A stretch of DNA of 64,000 bases from Pristiophorus japonicus (taxonomy: Eukaryota): the NCBI RefSeq assembly GCF_044704955.1, contig NW_027252702.1, forward strand, positions 620,001-684,000, in the 5' to 3' direction. The notes beneath the pieces were generated by a model. That model saw nothing but the letters and a program-made list of their open reading frames with translations. It did no database searches and was not told where the DNA came from. How positions within the stretch are numbered: position 1 is the stretch's first letter; each line of letters begins with the position of its first letter. Below are positions 1 to 14,710 of the stretch, one piece after another. Both the position numbers and the translations under genes were made by a program.

Positions 1-665
1 CATGAGTGTAGAACTGCACGACACCAGAGACATCACATTTAGGGCAGGAGAGCGGGGAGTGTAGTGCAGAGACCAGCCGGAATCAGCCCCTTCATCATAT
101 AAGACGGAGGGAACCAGTGATTGTAGACTCAACACATTAATCGGCAACTTAGGGCCAGAGGAGGGAGGGGAACCATTGAGTATTGAAATGAAGCCAGCTA
201 TTCACAACAGTTGCAGGACAGGAGAGAGCATAAAACACGGTTTAAGTGATTGCTTTATATGTTCACGGATTGTGGGAATCGCTGGCTTCAAATCATTTAT
301 TGCCCATCCTTAATTGTCGTGAGCCACTTTCTTAACCCGCTGCACTCATGTGCTGAAGCTATTCCCACAGTGCTTCGTTACAGTGAGTATATAATTAGAC
401 TTAGCCTGAATCAGCACATCCAGGGGGAATGGGAAGGGAATCATTAATTGTAGAACTGAACCAAGCCAGAATATGTCCCTTCAGGGGAGGAGAGAGTGAA
501 GAACCAGTGAGTTAGTACTGAAGACAGACAGAGCCAGCACCTTCTGGGGAGGGAGGGGAATGGGAAATAGTGAATGTCGAACTGAACCGAGACAGATTAT
601 GTCCATTCAGGATAGGAGGGAGTGAACAACCAGTGATTTAGAACTAAACCCAGACTCCTTAGTGT
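1..665. repeat. Degenerate tandem repeat, about 60-65 bp period
   Basis: Recurring motif (gtg)tagaactgaaccag..agaatcagc..gggagggaaccagtga seen about 8 times with substantial divergence. Confidence 0.5.
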
Positions 666-849
666 GAACTATCGCGTGCTTCTGCAGGCCAGAGTCATGA
701 ATTAGTCCCTTTCCACACACGGAAGAGGAGAACTTCCTCCCTACGGTGTGACAGCACTTACCAGTTTCAGCTGGGACGGAAAACCAAACACCTTCCCACA
801 ATCCCCACAGTTATACAGTCCATGATCCTGGTGGAACGCCAGTGGTTTC

Positions 850-1920
<1,071 letters not shown>

Positions 1921-3254
1921 CTGCAGGGGTTGGAATCTGCTGTCAACGTTGCTGTTAATCAACTTCAAAACAGAACATATTCACTCTGACAACTGAGATT
2001 GTGTCTAATGAGGTTAATAAATCTTTTACTGGGATGGAGTTTAATATTCTGGCGTGGTTTCGTTTTTTTAAGGAACATACTTTCAATTCTGTAAAATACC
2101 AAGAATGCTTTGAAAGTAATTGAAAAATACATGTAATTCTTATAGCTGCACATTGCGTTTGTATTAATCTGAGAAAGAGCAGACATAAACATGATGCATT
2201 CTGTAGTACCTCCTATTTGCAGCAGATAGCGATGTCCCACTGATTAACTCCGACTGAGATGATTGCGATTGTCGCCTAGAACAGGGTGTGTGAGGGCAAC
2301 TCAAGGCCAAACTCTGAACATACCGCACCCACCGGGGCATCACCTCCTGGCCCCTCCCTGGGGCAGCTCAGTGCCAAAATCTGAACACACTGCACACACC
2401 GGGACATCACCCCCTGGCCCCTCCCTGGTGAACTTAGGGCCAAATTCTGAACATACTGCACCAACTTGCCCCTCCTTCGGGCAGCTCAAGGCCAATCTCA
2501 GAACATGCTGCACCAACTCGCCCCACCCTGGGGCAGCTCAGGGCCAAACTCTGAACATACTGCACCCACCGGGACATCACCCCCGGCCCCTCCCTGGGCA
2601 GGTCAGGGCCAAACTCTGAAAATCCATTTCCCACAGGGACATCGCCCACTGGCCCCTCAGTGGGGCAGCTCAAGTCCAAACTCTGAAGAAACTGCACATA
2701 CAGGGACATCACTCACTGTGAACTCCCTGGATCACAATAAGATCAGTAATTAAACATACTGCTCTGCACCCGGAAATCACACACTGACCCCTCCCTGTGG
2801 CAGCTCAGGGTCAGACACAGAACATACTGCACCACAGAGGGATATCGCACACTGCCCCCTCCCTGGGGCAGCTCAGGATCAGATACTGCACACCACAGAG
2901 ACATCACACACTGCCCCCTCCCTGGAGAAGCTCTGGTTGAGACACTGCACACCACAGGGATATCAAACACTGCCCCCTTCCTGGAGAAGCTCTGGTCCAG
3001 ACACTGCACCCCACAGGGACATCACACACTGTCCCCTCCCTGGGGCAGCTCAAGGTCAGTAACTGCGCCCCACAGGGACATCACGCACTGTCCCCTCACT
3101 GGGGCAGCTCAGTGTCAGACACTGCACCCGACAGGGACATAACATACTACCCCCGTCCTGGGGCAGCTCAGGGTCAGACACTGATATTACTGTACTCCAC
3201 AGAGACATCACACACTGCTCCCTCTCTGGGGCAGCTTAGGGTCGAACACTGAGC

Positions 3255-4575
3255 ATTGGGAAAGCAGTGATAAGATTGGTCCAAGTCAGCATGGATTTAT
3301 GAAAGAGAGATCATGCGTGACAAATCGTTTGGAATTGTTTGACGATGTAACTAGTAGAGTGGACAAAGGAGGACCAGTGGTTGTTGTGTATTTGGATTTT
3401 CAAAAGGCTGTTGATAAGGTCCCACACATGAGATTGTTGTGCAAAAATTAAAGCACATGGTATCGGAGTTAATATGCTGACGTGGATAGAGAACTGGTTG
3501 GCAGACAGGAAGCAGAGATAAACGGATCCTTTTCAGAATGGCAGGCAGTGACTAGTGGAGTGACACAACGTTCAGTGCTAGGACCGCAGCTCTTTACAAT
3601 ATACATTAATGATTCAGATGAAGGAATTGAGTGTAATATTTCCAAGTTTGCAGGTGACACTAAACTGGGGGCGGTGTGAGCTGTGAGGATGATGCTAAAA
3701 GGCTGCAGGGCGACTTGGATAAATTAGGTGATTGAGCAAATGCAAGACAGGTGCAGTATAATGTGGATAAATGTGAGGTTATCCACTTTAGGGGCAAAAA
3801 CACGAAGGCAGAATAATATTTGAATGTCGGCAGATTAGGAAAGGGGGAGATGCATTGCGACCTGGGTGTCATGGTTCATCAGTTATTGAAAGTTGCCATG
3901 CAGGTACAGCAGGCGGCGAAGAAGGCAAATGGTATGTTAACCTTCATAGCGAGGGGATTTGAGTATCGGAGCAGGGAGGTCTTACTGCAGTTGTACAGGG
4001 CCTTGGTGAGGCCTCACCTGGAATATTATGTTCAGTTTTGATCTCCTAGTCTGAGGAAGGACATTCTTGCTATTGAGGGAGTGCAGCGAAGGTTCACCAG
4101 ACTGATTCCCGGGATGGCAGGACTGACATCTGAGGAGAGACTGGATCAAATGGGCCTTCATACACTGGAGTTTAGAAGGATGAGAGGGGATCTCGTCGAA
4201 ACTTATAAGATTCAGGCGGTACTGGACAGGTTAGATGTGGAAAGAATGTTACCGATGTTGGGGATGTCCAGAACCAGGGGACAGATTCCTGGGATAACGG
4301 GTAGGCCATTTAGGACTGAAATGAAGAGAAACCTCTTCATTCAGAAAGTTGTTTACCTGTGTAATTCCCTGTCGCAGAGATTTTTTGACGCCAGTTCATT
4401 GGATATATTCAAGAGGGAGTTAGATATGACCCTTACGCTAAAGGGATCAATGGGTATGGAAGGAAAGCAGGAAACTGGTAATGAGGGAATGATCAACCAT
4501 GATCTTATTGAAAGGTGGTGCAGTCTCGACAGGTCGAATGGCCTACTCCTAAACCTATTTTCTATGTTTCTATAT
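3255..4575 (+). mobile_element. 5'-truncated CR1 LINE (RT to 3' end), degenerate
   Basis: RT motifs SQHGF...[14 protein letters not shown]...SKFAGDTKL, the ORF2 C-terminus, and a ttttctatgtttctat tail. Contains frameshifts and stops. Confidence 0.9.
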
Positions 4576-5072
4576 TTATATACTGCACCCTGCAGTGACA
4601 TGATACACTGCCCCCACCCTGGGGCAGTTCAGGGTCAGATACAGTACCCCACAGGGACTTTACACACTGCTCCCTCCCTGGGGGAGCTCAGGGCCAAACA
4701 CTGAACATACTGCACCGCACAGGGCCATCACACACTGCCCCCTCCCTGGCGCAGCTCAGGGGCAGACACAGAACAAACTGCACCCTACAGGGACATCACA
4801 CACAGCCCCCTCCCTGTGGCAGCTCAGGGTCTGAAACTGAACATACTGCACCTCATAGGGACATCACACACTGCCCCCTCCCAGTGCCAGATCAGAATGA
4901 TACACTGAACATAGTGTACCTCATCGGGACATCACGCCCTGTTCCCTCCATCGGGCAGCTCAGGGTCAGACACTGAACAAACTGCACCCCACAAGAACGT
5001 CACACACTACCTGCTCCTTGGGGCAGCTCAGGGTCAGACACTGCATCCCACAGGGATGTCGCACACTACCCC

Positions 5073-5314
5073 TGCCGTGTATTCAACTGTCATTGTTACC
5101 GTGTATAATCTGAAAAGTTGTACAGGTTGAGAACATTGACTACAAGGGGCGAACTTGTGGGAGACACTCCTAACTTGGACATTCAGTATAAAAGGGGAAG
5201 CTCCACATTTCTTCATCACTTGAGGTCTTGTTAATAATGGTAACTGGTCACGGAGTGAACTTCACTCAAGTGTGGGGCTCGTGTGCATTTATACTCTATA
5301 GTAAGAACATATCA
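5073..5314 (+). mobile_element. Probable solo LTR inserted in the minisatellite
   Basis: 242-bp non-satellite insert with TG...CA ends and an internal TATAAAA. Flanks acccc/atccc form a 4/5 match to a 5-bp TSD. Confidence 0.55.
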
Positions 5315-5747
5315 ATCCCTACCGTGTGGCAGCTCAGGGTCAGATACTGACCATGCTGCACCCCAGAGGGTCATCACACATTGCATCCTCCCTGGGACAG
5401 CTCAGGTTCAGGCACTGCACCCCAAACGGATATCAGACACTGCCCCCTCCATGGGGCAGTTCAGCGTCAGACACTGTCCCCTCCCTGCGACAGCTCAGGG
5501 TCAGACACTGAACATACTGCACCCCACAGGAACATCCCACACTGACCCCTCCCTGGGGCAGCTCAGGGTCTAACACAGAAACCAACAGGGACATCACACA
5601 CTGCCCCTTCCTAACGCTAAACCCCACAGGGTCATCACACACTGCTCCCTCCCTGGGGCAGCTCAGGGTCAGACACTGAACGTACTGCACCCCACAGGGA
5701 CAAAACACACTGCCACCTCCCTGGGGCAGCTAAAAGTCAGACACTGA

Positions 5748-6750
5748 GCATTTGGAAAGCAGTGATAAGATCGGTCCAAGTCAGCATGTATCTATGCAGG
5801 GAATCATGCTTGACAAATCGTCTGGAATTTTTTGAGGATGTAACTGGTAGAGTGAACAAGGGAGAAACAGTGGATGTGGTGTATTTTGATTTAGAAAATA
5901 CTTTTGATTAGATCACACACAAGAGGTTGGTGTGCAAAATCAAAGCGCAAGATATTGGGGGTAATTTACTCATGTTGATAGAGAACTGGTTGGCAGACAG
6001 GAAGCAGAGAGTCGGGATAAACGGGTCCTTTTCAGAATGGGAGGCAGTGACTAGTGGAGTGCCGGAGGGTTCAGTGCTTGGAACCCAGCTCTTTACAATA
6101 TGCATCAGTGATTTGGATGAAGGAATTGAGTGTAATATCTCCATGGTTGCAGATGACACTAAACTAGCTGGAGGTGTTAGCTGTGAGGGGGATGCTAGGA
6201 GGCTACACGGTGACTTGGACAGGTTATGTGAGTGGGCAAATACATCGCAGATGCAGTATATTGTGGATACATGTGAGGTTATCCTCACATGATTCTCATA
6301 TGAGGAGAGATTGGATCAACTGGGCCTTTATACACTGGAGTTTAGAAGGATGAGAGGAATCTCATAGAAACGTATACGATTCTGACGGGACTGGACAGGT
6401 TAGCTGCGGGTAGAATGTTCCCGATGTTGGGGAAGTCCAGAACCATGGACACAGTCTTAGGAGAAAGTGTAGGCCATTTCGGACTGAGATGAGGAGAAAG
6501 TTCTTCGCTCAGAGAGTTGTTAACCTGTGGAATTCGCTGCCGCAGAGAGTTGTTGCTGCCAGTTCATTGGATATATCCGAGAGGGAGTTCGATATGGCAC
6601 TTACGGCAAAGGGGATCAAGGGATATCGATAGAAAGCAGGAAATGGATACCGAGGGAATGATCAGCCATGATCTTATTGAGTGGTGGTGCTGGCTCGAAG
6701 GGCCGAATGGCCTAATCCAGCAGCTATTTTCTATGTTTCTATGTTTCTAT
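5748..6750 (+). mobile_element. 5'-truncated CR1 LINE with internal deletion
   Basis: Same start point as the 3255 copy. The sequence jumps at about 6290 from gaggttatcc to the EERLDQLG region. CR1 tail at about 6730-6750. Confidence 0.9.
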
Positions 6751-7559
6751 GAACATCAAACACTGCCCCCTCCTTGGGGCAGCTCAGGTCTGAAACTGAA
6801 CATACTGCACCCCACAGGGACATCACATACTGCCCCCTCACTGGGGCAGCTCAGGGTCAGACACTGAACATACTGTGCCCCACAGGGACATCACACACCG
6901 GCCACTCCCTGGGGAAGCTCAGGGTCAGACACTGAACATACTGTGCCCCACAGGGACATCACACACTGCCCCCTCCCTGAGGCAGCTCAGGGTCAGACAC
7001 TGCACGCCACAGGGACATCACACACTGCCCCCTCCTTGGGGCAGCTCAGGGTTAGACACTGAACATACTGCACGCCACACGGGCATCACACACTGCCCCA
7101 TCGCTGGGGCAGCTCAGGGTCAGACACTGAACATACTGCACCCCTCAGGGACATCACACAATGCCCCCTCCATGGGGCAGCTCACGGTCAGCCACTGCAA
7201 TCCACTGGAACATCACACACTGCCCGCTCCCTGGGGCAGCTCAGCCTCAGACACTGAGCATACCGCAACTGACAGGGTGATCACAAACTGCATCCACCTG
7301 TAAGAATACGGACTTTGGAGAGTATTTTGAGGCCTTAGATATTGCGAGTGTAAAATGGATCTCAGACTTTGCAATAAAAGCATGCTTCTGCAAAGATAAA
7401 CACACTGCTTTGGATTCCCTGCTGACACAAAATTCTGGTCTGTCACCAGTGACTGTGGTGTTAAAATCACATTTATTATAACTGGAAAACACACGTATTA
7501 TCACTGGTAATCATATCAGGGAACTCAGATGTTGTCTTCGTTTGCCAGATGAGGGTCCC

Positions 7560-9220
7560 ACTGAAAAAACTCTTCCTCACCAGCCCCTTCTCCCATTTAA
7601 AAAACACTCACTTTCCGGCCCTTCTTCCACTGAAAAAACCCTCCCTCACCAGCCCCTTCCCCACTGAAAAACTCCTCCCTCACCATCCCCTTCCCCACTG
7701 AAAAACTCCTCCCTCACCAGCCCCTTCCCCACTGAAAAAACCCTCCCTCACCAGCTCCTTCCCCCACTGAAAAAACCCTCCCTCTCCAGCCCCTTCCCCA
7801 CTGAAAAAACCCTCCCTCACCAGCTCCTTCCCCACTGAAAAACTCCTCCCTCACCAGCCCCTTCCCCACTGAAAAACTCCTCCCTCACCAGCCCCTTCCC
7901 CACTGAAAAAACCCTCCCTCACCAGCTCCTTCCCCCACTGAAAAAACCCTCCCTCTCCAGCCCCTTCCCCACTGAAAAAACCCTCCCTCACCAGCTCCTT
8001 CCCCACTGAAAAAACCCTCCCTCACCAGCCCCTTCCCCACTGAAAAAACCCTCCCTCACCAGCTCCTTCCCCCACTGAAAAAACCCTACCTCACCAGCCC
8101 CTTCACCCATTGAAAAACTCCTCCCTCACCAGCCCCTTCCCCACTGAAAAACTCCTCCCTCACCAGCCCCTTCCCCACTGAAAAACCCTCCCTCACCAGC
8201 CCCTTCCCCACTGAAAAAACCCTCCCTCACCAGCTCCTTCGCCCACTGAAAAAACCCTCCCTCACCAGCCCCTTCCCCTCTGAAAAACCCTCCCTCACCA
8301 GCCCCTTCCCCACTGAAAAACCCTCCCTCACCAGCCCCTTCCCCACTGAAAAACCCTCCCTCACCAGCCCCTTCCCCACTGAAAAAACCCTCCCTCACCA
8401 GCTCCTTCCCCCACTGAAAAAACCCTCCCTCACCAGCCCCTTCCCCACTGAAAAACCCTCCCTCACCAGCCCCTTCCCCACTGAAAAACCCTCCCTCACC
8501 AGCCCCTTCCCCACTGAAAAAACCCTCCCTCACCAGCCGCTTCCCCACTGAAAAAACCCTCCCTCACCAGCCCCTTCCCCACTGAAAAACCCCTTCCTCA
8601 CCAGCCCCTTCCCCACTGAAAAACCCTCCCTCACCAGCCCCTTCCCCACTGAAAAAACCCTCCCTCACCAGCCCCTTCCCCACTGAAAAACCCTCCCTCA
8701 CCAGCCCCTTCCCCACTGAAAAAACCCTCCCTCACCAGCTCCTTCCCCCACTGAAAAAACCCTCCCTCACCAGCCCCTTCCCCACTGAAAAACCCTCCCT
8801 CACCAGCCCCTTCCCCACTGAAAAACCCTCCCTCACCAGCCCCTTCCCCACTGAAAAAACCCTCCCTCACCAGCTCCTTCCCCCACTGAAAAAACCCTCC
8901 CTCACCAGCCCCTTCCCCACTGAAAAACCCCTTCCTCACCAGCCCCTTCCCCACTGAAAAAACTCTTCCTCACCAGCCCTTTCTTCCACTGAAAAACTCC
9001 TCCCTCACCAGCCCCTTCCCCACTGAAAAAACCCTCCCTCACCAGCCCTTTCTTCCACTGAAAAACTCCTCCCTCACCAGCCCCTTCCCCACTGAAAAAA
9101 CCCTCCCTCACCAGCTCCTTCCCCCACTGAAAAAATCCTCCCTCACCAGCCCCTTCCCCACTGAAAAAACCCTCCCTCACCAGCTCCTTCCCCACTGAAA
9201 AAACCCTCCCTCACCAGCCT
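7560..9220. repeat. Minisatellite, about 30-32-bp unit (CCACTGAAAAAACCCTCCCTCACCAGCCCCTTCC)
   Basis: About 50 near-identical tandem units. The + strand is almost G-free and the - strand is rich in G-runs. Confidence 0.97.
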
Positions 9221-10019
9221 CTGTGACAGACTGAAGAAGACCCAGGTGACGCAATTTTAAGTTCTGTAATGCTAGCACTATTATAGATTTCAGGAGCTGG
9301 CTACTTTCTGGGAGAATAATTAACTTCTAGAACAAGCTCCCATTTCATGTGCTGGCTGCAGATTCACTGAATTCCTTCAAGCAAGTGCTGGACCTGAACG
9401 GCAGCTAATTCATTTTTAGAGTGATCTCCTGCTCAAAGTTTCTATGAACTAGATGTGTCGCAGAGGAATTTAAGAGAATTTTACCCAAAATTGGAGTGTT
9501 TTATTCACATTTGTATGCCTGTCCCAGGAGATCACACAGGTTCGGGTGGGTTGGCGTACATATATTGTAGTGCACAAGGTGTCAGAATTGTGATGTGCAG
9601 CCACGATGGACCAGAGTGTCTTTACCTCTACGGAAGAATTCAACGTCTCAATGACTCACGCCATTTTCTGAACTTGGACATTTAGTGGAACTCTATCACA
9701 GTACTGACAGACAGTTCATTGCCGCTGGGCTTTCTGCAAGATGTCAGATTGAGGCCCAAGAAATGGTGGACATACGATGTCCCTTGGGGGAGATTAGAGT
9801 TTTCTCCCCTACCATGAAGCAGAATAATCGGTTATTACTCATAATATCTGCTTCATTAAAGAGATAGTTAATTATATAATTGTATAAATAGGCCACCCTC
9901 GTAGTGGACATGTGTATCCTTCAGTGATACGGGTACCAGTTCCCCAATCGGAGTAAACACAGACAACATGATTTACTTTAAATATCTGCAACTATATCCG
10001 AACCGAACATTTAATTCAG

Positions 10020-10625
10020 TCTCACCTATGAACATAAGAGCAGAAAGATTATGCTTCAGCTGCATCAAACACTAGTTAGGCAACAGCTAGAGTGCTACAT
10101 GTAATTCTGGTCACCACATTACAGGAAAGATGTGATTGCACCAGTGAGGGTACAGAGGATATTTACGAGGATGTTGCCTGGACTGGAGAATTTTGGCTAT
10201 GAGTTAAGATTGGATAGGCTGTGGTGGTTTGCTTTCAAACAGATGATGCTGAGAGAAGATCTTATTGAGGTGCTGAGGTTATGAAGGGACGAGATAGAGT
10301 GGATATTTCCCTTAGCAATTCTCCAACAACCAGGGGGCACAGATTAATGTAATTGGGACAAGGTTTAAAGGGGATGTGAAGAGAAATGTAAGCATCCAAA
10401 GAGTGGTGGGGGTCTGGAACTCACTATCTGAAAGAGACGTAGAGGCAAGAATCCTCACCACATTTAACAAGTTCTTGGTTCTGCACTTAAATGCTGTAAC
10501 CTACAGGGCTACGGACCAACAGCTTGAAAGTTGGGTTAGGCTGGATAGCTGTTGGTCGGCCAGAACAGACATGATCGGCCAACAATGGCCTCCATCCGTG
10601 CTATTGATTTCCATGATTCCATGGT
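10020..10625 (+). mobile_element. Old CR1 3' fragment
   Basis: Degenerate LVRQQLECYMxFWSP / RVVGVWNSL motifs. Confidence 0.7.
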
Positions 10626-10959
10626 AGTGCTGATCAAAAGCCTGGTGATTATAGTTACATGTATTTGTGTAAAATATTATATAATTCAAGAAATTTACAT
10701 TTGAAGGACATTGTTCCATACGGAGAATGTGTACTCCTATCTGGACCAAAATATTTGCAGATGGATACAGTGGTTTGGAATATAGCGATAAAGTCTCAAG
10801 TATTTGAGTGAGAGGGGTTCGGTGATGGTCCGGGAGTGCACGGATGTGTTCAGAGTTGGTGGGGAAGGGGACATGAGGGGCTGTAACAGATTGTGTAAGG
10901 AGCAGCTTCAGCCCCTGATCTCCGCCCTACAGGGCGCAGAGGAATGACAAGGATATCAC

Positions 10960-12722
10960 AAAGAAATGGCGGACTAATTGAACAAGTACTTTGGTTTGGT
11001 ATTCACTAAGGAGGACACAAACAACCTTCCGGATATAAAAGGGATCGGATGGTCGAGTGAGGAGGAGGAACTGAGGGAAATCCTTATTAATCGGGAAATT
11101 GTGTTGGGGAAATTGATGAGATTGAAGGCCGATAAATCCCCAGGGCCTGGTGGACTGCTTCCCAGATTACTTAAGGAGGTGGCCTTGGAAATAGTGGATG
11201 CATGGAAAGTCATTTTCCAACATTCCATAGATTCTGGATCAGGTCCTATAGAGTGATGGGTAGCCAATGTAATCCCACTTTTTTAAAAACGGAGGGAGAG
11301 AGATAACAGGGAATTATAGACCGGTCAGCCTGACATCGGTAGTGGGTGAAATGATGGAATAAATTATTAAGGATTTCATAGCAGCGCATTTGGAAAGAGG
11401 TGACATGATAGCTCCAAGTCAGCATGGATTTGTGAAAGGGAAATCATGCTTCACACATCTTCTGGAATTTTTTGAGGATGTTTCCAGTAGAGTGGACAAG
11501 GGAGAACCAGTTGATGTGGTATATTTGGACTTTCAGAATGCTTTCGACAAGGTCCCACACGAGAGATTAATGTGCAAAGTCAAAGCACATGGGATTGGGG
11601 GTAGTGTGCTGACATGGATTGAGAACTGGTTGTCAGACAGGAAGCAAACAGTAGGAGTAAATGGGGACTTTTCAGAATGGCAGGCAGTGACTGGTGGGGT
11701 ACCGCAAGGTTCTTTGCTGGGGCGCCAGCTGTTTACACTGTACATTAATGATTTAGACGAGGGGATTAAATGTAGTATCTCCAAATTTGCGGATTACACT
11801 AAGTTGGGTGGCAGTGTGAGCTGCGAGGAGGATGCTATGAGGCTGCAGAGCGACTTGGATAGGCTAGGTGAGTGGGCAAATGCATGGCAGATGAAGTTTA
11901 ATGTGGTTACATGTGAGGTTATCCACTTTGGTGGTAAAAACAGAGACAGACTATTATCTGAATTGTGACAGATTAGGAAAAGGGGACGTGCAAAGAGACC
12001 TAGGTGTCATGGTACATCAATCATTGAAGGTTGGCATGCAGGTAAAGCAGGCAGTTAAGAAATCAAATGGCATGTTGGCCTTCATAGCGAGGGGATTTGT
12101 GTACAGGGGCAGGGAGGTATTGCTACAGTTGTACAGGGCCTTGGTGAGGCCACACCTGGAATATTGTGTACAGTTTTGGTCTCCTAACCTGAGGAAGGAC
12201 ATTCTTGCTATTAAGGGAGTGCAGCGAAGGTTCACCAGACTGATTCCCGGGATGGCGGGACTGACATATCAAGAAAGACTGGATCAACTGGGCTTGTATT
12301 CACTGGAATTCAGAAGAATGAGAGGGGACCTTGAAGAAACGTTTAAAATTCTGACGGGGTTAGACAGGTTAGATGCAGGAAGAATGTTCCCAATGTTGGG
12401 GAAGTCCAGAACCAGTGGACACAGTCGAAGGATAAGGGGTAAGGATTTAGGAGCGAGGTGAGGAGGAATTCCTTCACCCAGAGAGTGGTGAATCTGTCGA
12501 ATTATCTACCACAGAAAGTTGTTGAGGCCAATTCACTAAATATATTCAAAAAGGAGTTAGATGAAGTCCTTACTACTAGGGGGATCATGGGGTATGGCGA
12601 GAAAGTAGGAATGGGGTACTGAAGTTGCATGTTCAGCCATGAACTCATTGAATGGCGGTGCAGGCTAGAAGAGCCGAATGGCCTACTCCTGCACCTATTT
12701 TCTATGTTTCTATGTTTCTATG
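10960..12722 (+). mobile_element. 5'-truncated CR1 LINE (ORF2 RT region)
   Basis: ORFs 10978, 11390 and 11901 give KSPGPx[12 protein letters not shown], VYLDFQxAFDKV, GVPQGS and the ORF2 C-terminus. Tail at about 12700-12722. Confidence 0.95.
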
Positions 12723-13074
12723 ATCAAAGCACCGCTTTTGCTCGCAAGGACATTTACTTCATTGTCAATGCTATTGACACCCCACGAAATATAAACAGAC
12801 GAGTTATCTGCTCATGTTCCCAGGTATCTATAACCTGTTTCTTGCCAGTTAGTCACCTCAATTCACATAACCTGGAATGGTCGCATCATGCTTATGTTAC
12901 AGGACTCTTAATCCACTAATGACCTGGAGATATAAAAGCCCACCCTGGCAGCTAGTGCATTTAAATATAGTTACTTAAATAAATCTGTAATAAAAAGATA
13001 GTGTCAGTAATTGTGACTATTAAGCTACCTTAATTGTGAACACATAATTACTAGATTGTCTTAAAAGCCCATCC

Positions 13075-13780
13075 TTGTGCATGAATCCCAAAAAGTTAGT
13101 TTGCAGGTGCAGCAGCTATCCAGGCAGGCGAATGGAATGTTGGCCTTCATTGCGAGAGGGATGGAGCACCAAAGTAGGGAGGCCCTGCTGCAACTGTACA
13201 GGTTTTGTTGAGGCCGCACCTGGAGTGCTGCTTCCAGCTTTGGTCTCCTTACTTAAGGAAGGATATACTAGCTTTGGAGGGGGTACTGAGACGATTAAGT
13301 AGGCTGATTCCGGAGATGAGGGGGTTACCTTCTGATGATAGATTGAGTAGACTGGGTCTTTTCTCGTTGGAGTTCAGAAGGATGAGGGGTGATCTTCTGG
13401 AAACATTTAAAATAATGAAAGGGATAGACAAGATAGAGGCAGAGAGGTTGTTTCCACTGGTCGGGGAAACTAGAACTAGGGGGCACAGCCTCAAAATACG
13501 GGGGAGCCAAATTAAAACCGAGTTGAGAAGGAATTCCTTCTCCCAGAGGGTTGTGAATCTGAGGAATTCTCTGCCCAAGGAAGCAGTTAAGGCTAGCTCA
13601 TTGAAGGTATTCAAATCACAGATCGGTAGATTTTTAACCAATAAGGGAATTAAGGATTATGGGGCGCCGGTGGGTAAGTGGAGCTGATTCCACGGCCAGA
13701 TCAGCCATGATCTTGTTGAATGGCGGAGCAGCCTCTAGGGGCTGGATGGCCTACTCCTGTTCCTAATTATTATGTTCTTA
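13075..13780 (+). mobile_element. CR1 3' fragment (second subfamily)
   Basis: ORF 13205..13687 reads RPHLECCFQLWSP...RTRGHSLK. Tail of the ttatgttctt type. Confidence 0.85.
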
Positions 13781-14280
13781 ATGTCCTTCAGTAGAGTGAA
13801 ATCTACCATACTTACCCAGTCTGGCCTAGATATGACTCCAGACCAAGGGCGTCCATCCAGATTTAGTTGAGGTCTAACTGATTTCTGAAACGGCCTAGCG
13901 AGCCATTCAGTTGTACCGAAAATAACGGTTGCAGCAGGTGGCTCACCACCACATTCTCAAGAACAATTAGAGATGGGTAATACAGGCCGGCTTTGCCCAC
14001 ATCCCCTTAACCAATAAATGAAAAGAACCCTGTACCAGTGGACCATTCTTATACTGTTCCAGCAACACAATAAACTGCTACCAACAATGGTATGTTTAAC
14101 AAATAAAATGACGCAACTGTTTCGCAGGCATCAAAAAACAGTACCTCCTCAATAACCTTGACGTTTACTGCACGATATTCATAGAATAACCGAAGAAAGC
14201 AAGCAGATTTCTCCAAGCGGGACTCCAGGGATGATAATTCCGACTGTGAGCACTGGACATCGAGATCTGGCACCAAATTG

Positions 14281-14710
14281 TCAGCTGTGACTCAGTGAGA
14301 GCACTCACACTTCAGAGTCAGAAGGTTAGAGGTTCGTATCCCACACCACAGACTTCAGCTCATGCTCTCGGCTGGCACTCCAGTGCAGACTGAGGGAGTG
14401 TGGCACTGCCCCCAGTGCAATCTTTCGGATGAGCTATTAAACCAAGGCCTCATTCACTTATGCAGATTCCATGCCATTATTTACACAAACAGCAAGGGAG
14501 TTCTCTCCAATGTCCTGCTCATAATTTATTGCGCAAACAATATCACTGAAGCCGATTATCTGTTCATTTCTCTCATTCCTTTTAGCGGGACCTTGCTGGG
14601 CATCAATTATCTGCCCTGTTTCCCAAATCCCAACATTTGAAAAATGTACTTCAGAGGCAGTAAAGCGATTTGGGCCTTTTTAGAAAGGCTACTACAAACA
14701 CAAGTCTTTC
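14281..14710 (+). mobile_element. tRNA-derived SINE with a Deu-like core (SacSINE/DeuSINE-type)
   Basis: tRNA-like head (tgactcagtg...ggttcgtatccc) followed by tccagtgcagactgagggagtg...tctttcggatgag.tattaaacc, which I recognise as resembling the DeuSINE core. Confidence 0.6.

Larger units (their letters stand above)
2290..7290. repeat. GC-rich minisatellite, about 58/68-bp unit, interrupted by CR1 fragments and a solo LTR
   Basis: Unit gggcagctcagggtcagacactg(aacatactg)caccccacagggacatcacacactgccccctccctg in blocks at about 2290-3255, 4580-5070, 5315-5748 and 6750-7290. Confidence 0.9.

Noticed and set aside
2263-7303. Pro/His/Thr-rich ORFs and a CRISPR-like appearance of the repeats
   Set aside because: Head-to-tail minisatellite with no unique spacers, in a vertebrate context.
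8126-9195. Gly/Glu/Phe-rich ORFs (GEGAGEGGFFS repeats)
   Set aside because: Translations of the 30-32-bp minisatellite. Variable unit lengths shift the frame, so there is no coding constraint.
14281-14350. tRNA gene
   Set aside because: Degenerate tRNA-like head continuing into a SINE body, with no intact cloverleaf.
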